Source of the DNA: Chlorobiota bacterium
Lineage (GTDB): Bacteria > Bacteroidota > Ignavibacteria > Kapaibacteriales > UBA2268
Reading direction: 5' to 3'
NCBI GenBank assembly: GCA_041595255.1
Contig: JBFHKR010000002.1
Span: 1 to 53,960 of the forward strand
Length of the DNA stretch: 53,960 nt
The notes under the pieces are model-generated. The model saw nothing but the letters and a program-made list of their open reading frames with translations. It was not told where the DNA came from and did no database searches. Every line of letters begins with the position of its first letter. The stretch's first letter is position 1. The position numbers were made by a program, and so were the translations under genes. Below are positions 44,943 to 53,819 of the stretch, piece after piece.

Positions 44943-45538
44943 TGATAACTTGTATCAAAGGCAAATTATTACAAAAAACACCTACATTTGTAGTCATAGA
45001 TGTAGGTGGTTTAGGTTATCAATTATATATATCTATGAATACTTATGAAAACTTACCTTCTCTAGAAAAAGAAGTTTTTGTTTACTCAGAGATGATTGTA
45101 AGAGAGGACAGTATTACTTTGTATGGATTCTATTCTGAAAGTGAGAGACAGTTATTTAGATTATTGATTTCTGTATCGGGTATTGGACCTAAAAGTGGAA
45201 TAGGGATTCTATCTGGTATTTCATTGAATGATTTTCAAACAGCTATACTTACTGCCAATACAACTTTACTACAAAAATTACCAGGAATAGGCAAAAAAAC
45301 TGCAGAGAGACTCATTGTAGAGCTAAAAGATAAATTTGATAAGATAACAATACGTGAAGAAGGAATTTCAACACCTAAAAATGACTCAGTTGAGGAAGCT
45401 ACACTTGCACTTGAAAGTTTAGGATATAACAAATCTATTGCTAGTAAGGCAGTAAATTCGGCTCTTAAACAAATAGATAATCAGAAATATTCTTCTGAGG
45501 ATTTAATAAAACTTGCTTTAAAATTCACATTAAAATGA
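44942..45538 (+). CDS. ruvA: Holliday junction branch-migration complex subunit RuvA
   Basis: 198 aa. The OB-fold N-terminus is 'MITCIKGKLLQKTPTFVVIDVGGLGYQLYIS'. HhH motifs are 'VSGIGPKSGIGILS' and 'LPGIGKKTAERLIVELKDK'. It has a TAATG overlap with the upstream gene. Confidence 0.9.
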   Translation: MITCIKGKLLQKTPTFVVIDVGGLGYQLYISMNTYENLPSLEKEVFVYSEMIVREDSITLYGFYSESERQLFRLLISVSGIGPKSGIGILSGISLNDFQTAILTANTTLLQKLPGIGKKTAERLIVELKDKFDKITIREEGISTPKNDSVEEATLALESLGYNKSIASKAVNSALKQIDNQKYSSEDLIKLALKFTLK

Positions 45539-46149
45539 TTCTTACTATTCCAACCATTTATCTTTCAAAAGGTCTATCTATCTTATCAGTTGGAGGTTTA
45601 TCTGGATTTGAAAAATTAGATGATTATTTCAAAAGGCATCCAATTAATTTAGCAAAATTGTTTAGAGAAGAGAATAATAAATCAATTTTAATCGAAATTG
45701 ATGAAAGTATAGAATCTCTAAACGTAGTTAATAAAATTAGAGATTCACTTGACATTCCCATACAATTGGCAACAAACTCATTTAATCTAGAATTTTTGAA
45801 TAAAGTTAATAGTATTGAAATCAGTAGATTATTTTTATCTATCGATAACCACAAAATATTCCCTAAGTCAATACCTGTCATTAGAAGAAGCGAACTAATA
45901 AAATATAATTTAGATAATTATTCAAGAATTATGATAGATTTCGAGAATACTCAGTTAGATAACATTGAGCTCAAAATAAATTCAAAAATTTCAATACGCA
46001 ATTCAACAAACTGTACTAGTGATTTGGTAAGGATTAATACTATAAAAACAAATATTGATAGTATTTATTTAGGAAAAGAATATTATGGAACACATTACGC
46101 CGGTCAATTACTTTGGAGAATTGCCGAAAAAGCACAATTTGCAATATAA
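45535..46149 (+). CDS. Hypothetical protein, degenerate HisA/HisF-like (beta-alpha)8 barrel (weak assignment)
   Basis: 204 aa with an ATGA overlap with ruvA. By eye it aligns with HisA. 'IPTIYLSKGLSILSVGG' matches 'VPAIDLxxGKxVRLxxG'. 'HPINLAKLFREENNKSILIEIDES' matches 'DPVELAKxxxxxGaxxlHvVDLdgA'. 'IPIQLATNSF' matches 'ipvQvGGGIR'. 'SIYLGKEYYG' matches 'GVIVGRAxxxG'. The catalytic Asp and the GGGIR phosphate-binding loop are not conserved. Confidence 0.4.
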   Translation: MILTIPTIYLSKGLSILSVGGLSGFEKLDDYFKRHPINLAKLFREENNKSILIEIDESIESLNVVNKIRDSLDIPIQLATNSFNLEFLNKVNSIEISRLFLSIDNHKIFPKSIPVIRRSELIKYNLDNYSRIMIDFENTQLDNIELKINSKISIRNSTNCTSDLVRINTIKTNIDSIYLGKEYYGTHYAGQLLWRIAEKAQFAI

Positions 46150-46240
46150 ATTCTGAACAATTCTATAAAATTTCAAAAAAAATTGTATTTTGCAAAGGTT
46201 TTATAGCAATATTTTAAAACCTTAAATAATTATGTAATCT

Positions 46241-46248
46241 GGAGAAGG
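46241..46248 (+). promoter_or_regulatory. Shine-Dalgarno GGAGAAGG upstream of nuoG
   Basis: A purine-rich GGAGAAGG ends 4 nt before the ATG at 46253. Confidence 0.6.
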
Positions 46249-46252
46249 TAAA

Positions 46253-48052
46253 ATGCCTCAATTTGAATTTGATGGCCAGCTTATAGAAACGAAGCCCGGA
46301 AAAACAATAATCGAAGCTGCCTATGATAATGGGCTAGCGGTTCCTCATTTCTGTTGGCACCCAGACTTACCAGTAGCTGGTAATTGTCGTATGTGCTTAG
46401 TACAGGTTGGTATGCCTGTTAGAGACAGAGATGGAAACTATGAATATGATGAAAATGGAAATAAAAAAATAAATTTTATACCTAAGATGCAAATAGCTTG
46501 TGCTTCACCAGTTCAAGATGGTATGGTTGTGAAATCTATTTCTGATGAAGCTATTGAATCACAAGAAGCTGTAATGGAATTTTTGTTAATTAATCATCCA
46601 CTTGATTGTCCTATTTGCGATGAAGCTGGTGAATGTAAGTTACAAGAGTATTCATTTAAGCATTCAAAAGGTCAAAGTAGATTCGAAGAAGTTAAAAACC
46701 ATAAACCGAAACGTCAAGTTTGGGGCCCTAATGTAGTTTTTGACGCTGAAAGATGTATTTCATGCTCAAGATGTATACGTTTTGCTAAAGAAGTAGCTAA
46801 ACAAGATGTGCTTACTTTTGTGCAAAGGGGAGATCATGTAACTATAGAACTTTTCGATGGTACAACATTTGATTCACCTTATTCTATGAACGTAATTGAT
46901 ATATGCCCTGTAGGAGCATTAACTAGTCCAGATTTTAGATTCGAAGCGAGAGTATGGGAGCTATCATCAAATGAAAGTATTTCGCACTTTGATGGAACTG
47001 GTACTAATATAAATTTAGGAGTTCGTAATAACGAAATCTTACGTATTACTCCACGCAATAATATGTATGTTAATAAGTATTGGTTAAGAGATGATGCTCG
47101 ATTGAGTTATGATTTTGTTAATAAGAATAGAGTCACTAAACCACTTATTAATATAGACGGTATCTATGAAGACGTCGAATGGGATGAAGCCATTAAATTT
47201 GCTGCTAATAAATTAGATAATTTCAAGGGTGATCAAATAGTATTTGTAGCATCGTCAAGAGCAACAAATGAAGATAACTATCTATTCAATAAATTTGCTA
47301 ATGAAGTCTCCAAATCAAGCAATGTAATATACTTCTCTCATTTGGATGAATCTAGAAAAGATGATTTGTTAGGCGTTTCAGATTTGACACCGAATACTAA
47401 AGGGGTTGAAGAACTAGGTATAAACAAAAATTCTAACATTAAAGCTGAAGAATTGGCTACAAAACTTAGAAATGGTGAGATTAGAGCGATGTATGTTATG
47501 GAAGAAGATTTTGAGGATTATCCTGAAATCTTAGATCAACTAAGTAACTTAAGTTTTCTCGCTGTTCATTCATATAATTCGAATAAGAGAATCAATAGTC
47601 TAGCTGATATAATATTACCCGCATCTACATTTGCTGAGATAGAAGGTACGTATACTAATCTGAATGGAAGAGTTCAACATTTTACACCTGCTTTAGTTAC
47701 AAAAGAAAACTTTAGATATATGGGTATGAAAATGAGTAGATTAGATAAGTTTGGAGCTGATAATGACCGATGGACTAATCACGAAATTAGAGATTCTAAA
47801 CAAAGTTGGAAAATAATTCAAAATATAGCTAAAGAATTAGGAAAAGATTGGAATTATACAAAATCATCTCAAATTTTTGATGAAATAGTTGAAAATTATA
47901 CTAATTTCAATGATATGGATTATAATAAATTGGATGAATATCAAGGTTTAGTATTAGGAAAAGGCAACAATCCAGATCCTAAACATGTTAATTATATATC
48001 GCATTATCTGAAACCACAACAAACACAAAAAGTAGTTAAATATAAAGGCTAA
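46253..48052 (+). CDS. nuoG: NADH-quinone oxidoreductase subunit G (short, Nqo3-like Fe-S subunit)
   Basis: 599 aa. The [2Fe-2S] ligands fall at C34/C45/C48/C83, exactly as in Thermus Nqo3. The N5 motif H115-x3-C119-x2-C122-x5-C128 is 'NHPLDCPICDEAGEC'. The N4 motif is 'CISCSRCIRF...DICPVGA'. No N7 Cys motif is present, and the molybdopterin-like C-terminal domain is shortened. Confidence 0.9.
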   Translation: MPQFEFDGQLIETKPGKTIIEAAYDNGLAVPHFCWHPDLPVAGNCRMCLVQVGMPVRDRDGNYEYDENGNKKINFIPKMQIACASPVQDGMVVKSISDEAIESQEAVMEFLLINHPLDCPICDEAGECKLQEYSFKHSKGQSRFEEVKNHKPKRQVWGPNVVFDAERCISCSRCIRFAKEVAKQDVLTFVQRGDHVTIELFDGTTFDSPYSMNVIDICPVGALTSPDFRFEARVWELSSNESISHFDGTGTNINLGVRNNEILRITPRNNMYVNKYWLRDDARLSYDFVNKNRVTKPLINIDGIYEDVEWDEAIKFAANKLDNFKGDQIVFVASSRATNEDNYLFNKFANEVSKSSNVIYFSHLDESRKDDLLGVSDLTPNTKGVEELGINKNSNIKAEELATKLRNGEIRAMYVMEEDFEDYPEILDQLSNLSFLAVHSYNSNKRINSLADIILPASTFAEIEGTYTNLNGRVQHFTPALVTKENFRYMGMKMSRLDKFGADNDRWTNHEIRDSKQSWKIIQNIAKELGKDWNYTKSSQIFDEIVENYTNFNDMDYNKLDEYQGLVLGKGNNPDPKHVNYISHYLKPQQTQKVVKYKG

Positions 48053-48060
48053 AATAGAAT

Positions 48061-49125
48061 ATGAGCGATTTAACATTTACGCTAATTGAATTTGGGATTA
48101 AAGCTGCTATTATTATAAATATAGTACTAGTAATGGCTTCCGTTGAAGTTTATTTGGAAAGAAAAATATCAGCTTGGATTCAAAATAGAGTTGGTCCGAA
48201 TAGAGTTGGTCCGATGGGTCTATTACAACCGATTGCTGATGTTGTGAAACTATTTATGAAAGAGGATTTGGTTCCTAAAGCAGCTCATCAAGGATTTCAT
48301 AGATTAGCTCCTCTATTGACACTAGCCGTTGCAATAGGAGTTTATGCTGTAATACCTTATGCTCATTATGTAACTATAGGTGAAAGAACAGTATACTGGG
48401 GGATTGCACCAAATATAAACATAGGTGTTTTATTTATTTTAGCAATGACTTCTATTGGAGTTTATGGAATTACGCTAGCTGGTTGGGCTTCTAACTCTAA
48501 GTATTCACTACTTGGTGGTTTACGTTCAGCAGCTCAGATGATATCTTACGAATTGTCTATGGGTTTATCTTTATTAGGAGTAGTATTAATAGCTGGTTCA
48601 CTAAATTTAAACGAGATAATTATATATCAGAGAGATGCATGGTTCGGACTAAGATGGTTAGTATTTTTACAACCCCTTGGGTTTATAATTTTCTTGGTTT
48701 CTTCATTTGCAGAGACAAACAGGACCCCATTCGATTTACCTGAAGCTGAGCCAGAGCTCGTAGGTGGTTACAATACAGAATATAGCGGAATGAAATTTGG
48801 TATGTTCTTTTTGGCAGAATATGCTAACATGGCTACCGCTTCAGCTTTTATTGCTTTACTTTATTTTGGTGGTTGGAGTTTGCCTTTCCCTGAGTTTTGG
48901 GATTCACTTGGTTTGGTCGAAGGAACATGGTCTAGGGCATTTTTACAGTTTGGTTCATTCTTTACTAAATTAATGATATTTATAGTATTCTTTATTTGGG
49001 TAAGATGGACTGTACCTAGATTCAGATATGATCAACTAATGAATTTGGGATGGAAAGTATTATTACCACTTTCAATAATTAATTTATTTGTAACTGCAGC
49101 AGTAATTATATTTTTCGACTTATAA
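48061..49125 (+). CDS. nuoH: NADH-quinone oxidoreductase subunit H
   Basis: 354 aa, polytopic. Conserved motifs are 'ERKISAWIQNRVGPNRVGP', 'GWASNSKYSLLGGLRSAAQMISYE', 'AETNRTPFDLPEAEPELVGGYNTEYSG' and 'RFRYDQLM'. Confidence 0.95.
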   Translation: MSDLTFTLIEFGIKAAIIINIVLVMASVEVYLERKISAWIQNRVGPNRVGPMGLLQPIADVVKLFMKEDLVPKAAHQGFHRLAPLLTLAVAIGVYAVIPYAHYVTIGERTVYWGIAPNINIGVLFILAMTSIGVYGITLAGWASNSKYSLLGGLRSAAQMISYELSMGLSLLGVVLIAGSLNLNEIIIYQRDAWFGLRWLVFLQPLGFIIFLVSSFAETNRTPFDLPEAEPELVGGYNTEYSGMKFGMFFLAEYANMATASAFIALLYFGGWSLPFPEFWDSLGLVEGTWSRAFLQFGSFFTKLMIFIVFFIWVRWTVPRFRYDQLMNLGWKVLLPLSIINLFVTAAVIIFFDL

Positions 49126-49132
49126 CCAATAA

Positions 49133-49645
49133 TTGAATAAAAAAATGAATAATAGAAAAAATACAGAAGCAGAAAGACTTACATTTTGGGAAAAAATGTA
49201 TATACCTGAAATTGCAAGAGGACTTGGCATAACTCTTAGGCAAATGTTTAAGCCTAAAGATTTCGTTAGACAATATCCTGAACAAAGATGGGAACCTACA
49301 GGTTCTTTTAGAGGTAGACCTGTATTAGTTGAAGAGGACGGGGGAGAACGCTGTGTTGCTTGTGGTCTTTGTGCTAGAGTATGTCCAGCATTGGCAATAG
49401 AAGTTCAAGCAGGAGAAACACCTAAGGAAAAGGAAAGATATCCCGAGAAATTTGAGATTAATATGCTTCGTTGTATTTTCTGCTCTTATTGCGAAGAGGT
49501 TTGTCCTGAAGAAGCAATTGTAATGAGTAAAGACTATGAAATTGTTTATACTAGTCCTGAGGAAGCAATATTAGGCAAAGAAGAACTTCTAGTACCGAAA
49601 GCAAAACTTCAAGATAGACTTGAATTTTTAAGACAATATAAATAG
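49133..49645 (+). CDS. nuoI: NADH-quinone oxidoreductase subunit I (2x[4Fe-4S] ferredoxin)
   Basis: 170 aa. Motifs are '[12 protein letters not shown]', '[12 protein letters not shown]' and the conserved 'YPEQRWEP'. The track start is TTG at 49133; the in-frame ATG at 49145 is an equally plausible start. Confidence 0.9.
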   Translation: MNKKMNNRKNTEAERLTFWEKMYIPEIARGLGITLRQMFKPKDFVRQYPEQRWEPTGSFRGRPVLVEEDGGERCVACGLCARVCPALAIEVQAGETPKEKERYPEKFEINMLRCIFCSYCEEVCPEEAIVMSKDYEIVYTSPEEAILGKEELLVPKAKLQDRLEFLRQYK

Positions 49646-49655
49646 TACAAATGAA

Positions 49656-52115
49656 GTGGTTAATCCTAAAGCAATAAAACTAAAACCTGCCCAACTAAAG
49701 TGGCAAATAGATTTAAAAAAATTAGATTTCCGTTCTACAAAAGAAGTAGAGCATTTGGATCATATCATAGGCCAACCTAGAGCTATACAAGCTATCGAAC
49801 TCGGAGCAGATTTACGTGGTAGTAGAGGTTACAATATATTTGTGACCGGACTATCAGGTACAGGTCGGATGACGACAGTTAAGCATATGCTAGAAAAATT
49901 ACAACGTAAAGGGAATTGTCCAGAGTTATATGATTATTGCTATGTCAATAATTTTGAAGATGAGTCCAAACCTAAATTATTACAATTTGAGAAAGGTGGT
50001 GCTTGTTCTTTTTCTAAAAAGATGCATGAATCTATTAATCACTTATTAGAAAGGTTATCTAGCGTTTATCAAGAAGACCCCTATACTACTAAAAGAAAAG
50101 AAGTAATCGAATCTTATCAAGAATCTGAGAAGAACTTGATAGAAGAATTTGATGAGAAATTGAAGAAAAAAGGGTTTGTAAGAGGTCAAATAGAAAACAC
50201 AAAAGGCAATCCTGAGCCTGATATATTCTTATTAATAGATGAAAAAGCTTACAGAATAGAATCTTTAGACTCTTTGGTTAACGAAAAAAAGTTAACTGAA
50301 AAACAAGCAACTCAGTTAGCTAATGATTATAACAAACTTCATGAAGAGTTAATAGATTTAGCCGAATCAGCAAATGAAATTGTGAATACTTTTCATGAAG
50401 AGATTATAAATTTTGACAGAAAAACTGCAGAAACTATAATAAATGCAAGTTTTAAAGAATTAAATAAAACTTACAAAAAACATCTAGCTATTCAAAGCTA
50501 CTTAGAAAGTGGAAAAGATTTTATATTAGATAATGTAAAATACTTTTTGCCTTCTTCTGAGCAATCTAAGGGTATGCAGTCAAAATTGAATAAATCTAAA
50601 AATATCGATATTGCCTCTCAAATTGCAGATAAATTTGAAGTTAATATTATTTTAGATAATTCAGAAACAGTTTGTGCCCCTGTAATTATAGAACATAACC
50701 CAACTTATGGAAATCTTTTTGGTTCTTTTGAGAAAATAGTTGATGCCTCTGGATATTGGAGAACTGATTTTTCAAAAGTTAAAGCTGGATCTATATTACA
50801 GGCAGACCAGGGTTATTTGATTGTAAGTGCAAATGATTTATTCTCTGAAGCAGTCTCTTGGAAAGCAATTAAAAATGTGCTTCTCTATGATAAATTAGAT
50901 ATTCAACCTTACGCAACTTATCTTCAGATGAGTGAAAGTCAAATGAAGCCTGAACCAATTAAGGTCAATGTTAAAGTAATAATAGTAGGTGGACAATCAC
51001 TTTATAATTATTTATATAGACATGAGAAGGGATTTAAGAAAATTTTCAAAATTTTAGCTCAATTTGATTATGAAACTGCTAGAACAGATGAATTGCTTAA
51101 TAGTATAGTTAGCTTTATAGCTACTCAATGTGACGAAGAGAATCTTTTACATTTCAAACCAAAGGCAGTTGCAGAGGTATTAGAATGGTCTGTAGCACAC
51201 GCTGGATCACAAGATAGAATAACCTTAAAGTTTTCGGATATTGCTGATTTATTACGTGAAGCATCTTATTTTGCTGAACAAGTAAATAAGAAATTAGTTA
51301 CCGAAGTTCATGTAAAGGAAGCTTTAAAACAAAGGAATTTTAGAAATAATTTAATCGATCAAAAAATTACAGATCATATACTTCAAGGCAATACTTTAAT
51401 TGATACTGAAGGAAGTAGAGTGGGGCAAATTAACGGTCTAACTGTGATGAGTACAGGAATAGCATCTTTTGGTAAGCCAGCTAGGATTACTGCTGCTATC
51501 GGTGCTGGAAATCGTGGTATAATCAATATAGAACGTGAGGCACAATTGAGTGGCTCTATCCACAATAAGGGAATTTTAATTATTCAAGGATTCTTTTTAG
51601 AGAGATTTGCACAAAAAAAACCTCTATCTTTGTCTGCATCTATTGCATTTGAACAAAATTATGGTGGAATAGATGGTGATTCTGCATCTGCAGCTGAGAT
51701 CTATGTCTTGTTATCTGCTATTTCTCATACCCCTATAACTCAACAAATTGCCATAACTGGGTCTATGAACCAAAAGGGGGACATACAACCTATTGGTGGT
51801 GTGAATGAAAAGATTACAGGATTTTATGAAATTTGTAGGGCAAGAGGTTTTACAGGAAACCAAGGTGTAATAATCCCAGAACAAAATGTAAATGATCTAA
51901 TGCTTAACGAAGATATTATTGAATCAGTTAAGAAAAAAGAATTTAATATTTATTCTATAAAAAATATAGAAGACGGGTCTAAATTACTAATGGGGAAAGA
52001 ATTCGGTCTGCCTGATGAGAATGGTGATTATAAGAAAGGTACTCTGCTTCACGAAGTACATCGAAAATTAAACGAACTATATGAAAATTCGAAACCAGCA
52101 GTTAAGAGTAAGTAA
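49656..52115 (+). CDS. Lon-like protease (AAA_32-type degenerate ATPase module + long helical insertion + Lon_C S16 protease domain; LonC-like)
   Basis: 819 aa with a GTG start 10 nt after nuoI. The P-loop-like 'GLSGTGRMT' has Arg at the Walker-A Lys position (cgg in nt 49848-49874). A helix-rich insertion spans about aa 120-330. The Walker-B-like stretch is 'GYLIVSANDL'. The protease Ser lies in 'GIDGDSASAAE' and the Lys in 'GGVNEKITGF'. Confidence 0.85.
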   Translation: MVNPKAIKLKPAQLKWQIDLKKLDFRSTKEVEHLDHIIGQPRAIQAIELGADLRGSRGYNIFVTGLSGTGRMTTVKHMLEKLQRKGNCPELYDYCYVNNFEDESKPKLLQFEKGGACSFSKKMHESINHLLERLSSVYQEDPYTTKRKEVIESYQESEKNLIEEFDEKLKKKGFVRGQIENTKGNPEPDIFLLIDEKAYRIESLDSLVNEKKLTEKQATQLANDYNKLHEELIDLAESANEIVNTFHEEIINFDRKTAETIINASFKELNKTYKKHLAIQSYLESGKDFILDNVKYFLPSSEQSKGMQSKLNKSKNIDIASQIADKFEVNIILDNSETVCAPVIIEHNPTYGNLFGSFEKIVDASGYWRTDFSKVKAGSILQADQGYLIVSANDLFSEAVSWKAIKNVLLYDKLDIQPYATYLQMSESQMKPEPIKVNVKVIIVGGQSLYNYLYRHEKGFKKIFKILAQFDYETARTDELLNSIVSFIATQCDEENLLHFKPKAVAEVLEWSVAHAGSQDRITLKFSDIADLLREASYFAEQVNKKLVTEVHVKEALKQRNFRNNLIDQKITDHILQGNTLIDTEGSRVGQINGLTVMSTGIASFGKPARITAAIGAGNRGIINIEREAQLSGSIHNKGILIIQGFFLERFAQKKPLSLSASIAFEQNYGGIDGDSASAAEIYVLLSAISHTPITQQIAITGSMNQKGDIQPIGGVNEKITGFYEICRARGFTGNQGVIIPEQNVNDLMLNEDIIESVKKKEFNIYSIKNIEDGSKLLMGKEFGLPDENGDYKKGTLLHEVHRKLNELYENSKPAVKSK

Positions 52116-52786
52116 TGCCACATCAATTAAAAATAGCACCTTCTTTACTTTCATGTGATTTTTCTAATCTAGAATCAGAAGTAAGGAATTGTGAAAGATT
52201 TGGAGCCGATATACTTCATGTTGATGTTATGGATGGTCATTTTGTTCCCAATATAACTATTGGGCCTCTAATTGTGAAAGCAATCAGACCCCATACTTCA
52301 CTTCCAATAGATTGTCATTTGATGATAAGTAATCCAGATAGCTATATTGATGATTTTGCTAATGCTGGTGCTGATTATATATCTGTACATGCAGAGGTTT
52401 GTAATCATTTGCACAGAACATTGTCTAAAATAAAAGAAAGAAATTGTAAGGCAGGAATAGTGTTAAACCCGATTACTCCTTTACAATATGCTTACGATGC
52501 TGCTGAATATTGTGATTTTATATTGTTAATGTCTGTAAACCCTGGTTTTGGTGGTCAAAGTTTTATTACTAGTTTTTTAGATAAGTGTAAAAAACTTAGA
52601 AACTATCTTGATACGAATGGTCTTTCACATGTAGAAATAGAAGTAGATGGGGGAGTCAAAATTGATAATATCAAACAAGTTGTAGATGCTGGTGCAAATA
52701 TGATTGTTTCAGGTTCTGGTCTATTTAAGGGAAATTTGGAGCAAAACATTCAAGCTATGAAACTTGCTGCTATTTCAAATCAATAA
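52115..52786 (+). CDS. rpe: Ribulose-phosphate 3-epimerase
   Basis: 223 aa. Motifs are 'IAPSLLSCDF', 'LHVDVMDGHFVPNITIGP', 'DCHLMISNP', 'MSVNPGFGGQSF' and 'IEVDGGV'. It has a TAATG overlap with the Lon-like gene. Confidence 0.9.
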   Translation: MPHQLKIAPSLLSCDFSNLESEVRNCERFGADILHVDVMDGHFVPNITIGPLIVKAIRPHTSLPIDCHLMISNPDSYIDDFANAGADYISVHAEVCNHLHRTLSKIKERNCKAGIVLNPITPLQYAYDAAEYCDFILLMSVNPGFGGQSFITSFLDKCKKLRNYLDTNGLSHVEIEVDGGVKIDNIKQVVDAGANMIVSGSGLFKGNLEQNIQAMKLAAISNQ

Positions 52787-53816
52787 TTATTGATATATGG
52801 TGAGTAACACCACTCCCTAATATATATTCATTAGAAATTGAGTAATCTATATTTAAATCAAAGGCTGTGTTCTCTAAATATGGTCTTAAGCTGATTCCCG
52901 CTCCCCAAATATTAACAGGAAATAAACTAGGTACACCGTTATTTTCTCCATATACATTAAGACCACCACGAATTGCTAATAATTCAGTAGGTACAACTTC
53001 TGCTCCCAAAACGAAACTCGGTGAAATATCTGTTTCTCTGAATATTGCATCAAAACTTAATAAGAAATATTTTGTTGCTGGTATATATAATGTATCTATT
53101 TCGCCAGTTATTGATGTTCTTTGTTCAACTGATTGGTCATTTATACCAAATTCTACTGCTACACCAGTTCTAACTGTAAGAGGTAATTCATCAACTGTAC
53201 TATTGGGGGTATTCCACTTCAAAGAAGCACCAACATTCTGAATAGCAGCTCCAAATGAGAATAAATCTGCTACATTGAACTTAGTTCCCAAATCAAATGC
53301 ATATCCATTAGCACTTGTACCGCTTCCTTGTAAATCACGCCCTAAATATTTGAAAGTACCACCAAAACTATAATCTTCACTAGAATACGCCGCTGATACG
53401 TTCATAGAATATTGCCAATCTCGCATGCTACTAGTGGGATTACCCATAATATCGCGACCTTGGAACTGACCTGATGTAAATGAATTTAAGCCTAAACCAA
53501 TACCGAAATGTTCTCCAATTCCTTGGCCATAAGCAATATTCGAATGTACTCTACCAATTCCTGGCATACTTACAGAAGTCACAAACATCGGTTTATTCAA
53601 TAAGAAACCAATACCAGCAGGGTTGATGAAAACAGAATTCGGATCATTTACCACGGCAGTATATGCACCAGCCATTGCATTTATTCTTGATGAAGTGTTC
53701 CTATTGAGGTAAGAAGAACTGTACGAACCATTCATTTGTTGAGAGTTCGCTTCATTTATTATAGTTAAAGTAATACAAATTAGTACTACAATACTCAATG
53801 CTGATTTTTTAGACAT
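52770..53816 (-). CDS. PorV/PorQ-family (FadL-like) outer-membrane beta-barrel encoded directly downstream of a T9SS cargo gene
   Basis: 348 aa with a signal peptide, 'ALSIVVLICITLTIINEANSQ'. The N-terminal motif is 'SSRINAMAGAYTAVVNDPNSVFINPAGIGFL'. Gly/aromatic-rich strands run throughout. The C-terminal pattern 'GVTHHISIIIDLK' is similar to that of the 14818 ORF ('IGLHRFSLSLDI'). Confidence 0.55.
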   Translation of the reverse strand: MSKKSALSIVVLICITLTIINEANSQQMNGSYSSSYLNRNTSSRINAMAGAYTAVVNDPNSVFINPAGIGFLLNKPMFVTSVSMPGIGRVHSNIAYGQGIGEHFGIGLGLNSFTSGQFQGRDIMGNPTSSMRDWQYSMNVSAAYSSEDYSFGGTFKYLGRDLQGSGTSANGYAFDLGTKFNVADLFSFGAAIQNVGASLKWNTPNSTVDELPLTVRTGVAVEFGINDQSVEQRTSITGEIDTLYIPATKYFLLSFDAIFRETDISPSFVLGAEVVPTELLAIRGGLNVYGENNGVPSLFPVNIWGAGISLRPYLENTAFDLNIDYSISNEYILGSGVTHHISIIIDLK

Positions 53817-53819
53817 TTG

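Noticed and set aside
46195-46223. 9-bp hairpin aaggtttta / taaaacctt in the nuoG leader
   Set aside because: No T-run follows and I recognise no riboswitch-like conservation. It could be a weak terminator for the upstream ORF or simply noise.
46394-46501. Apparent roughly 22-aa insertion between the third and fourth Cys of the NuoG [2Fe-2S] site
   Set aside because: Counting residues puts the ligands at C34/C45/C48/C83, which is the spacing of Thermus Nqo3. It is therefore a normal variant.
49656-52115. Lon-like protease as BrxL (BREX) or another defence-associated Lon
   Set aside because: No pglX, pglZ or brxA-C genes, and no CARF/SAVED partners, occur in the window. The gene is embedded between nuoI and rpe.
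52867-53241. 124-aa plus-strand ORF
   Set aside because: It is antisense to the PorV-like barrel gene, which has a signal peptide and family motifs. The other short track ORFs (1681, 8131, 11178, 12131, 14721, 16743, 17035, 20541, 21054, 22225, 22553, 33604, 39133, 43153, 45235, 45624, 51383) are rejected on the same grounds.
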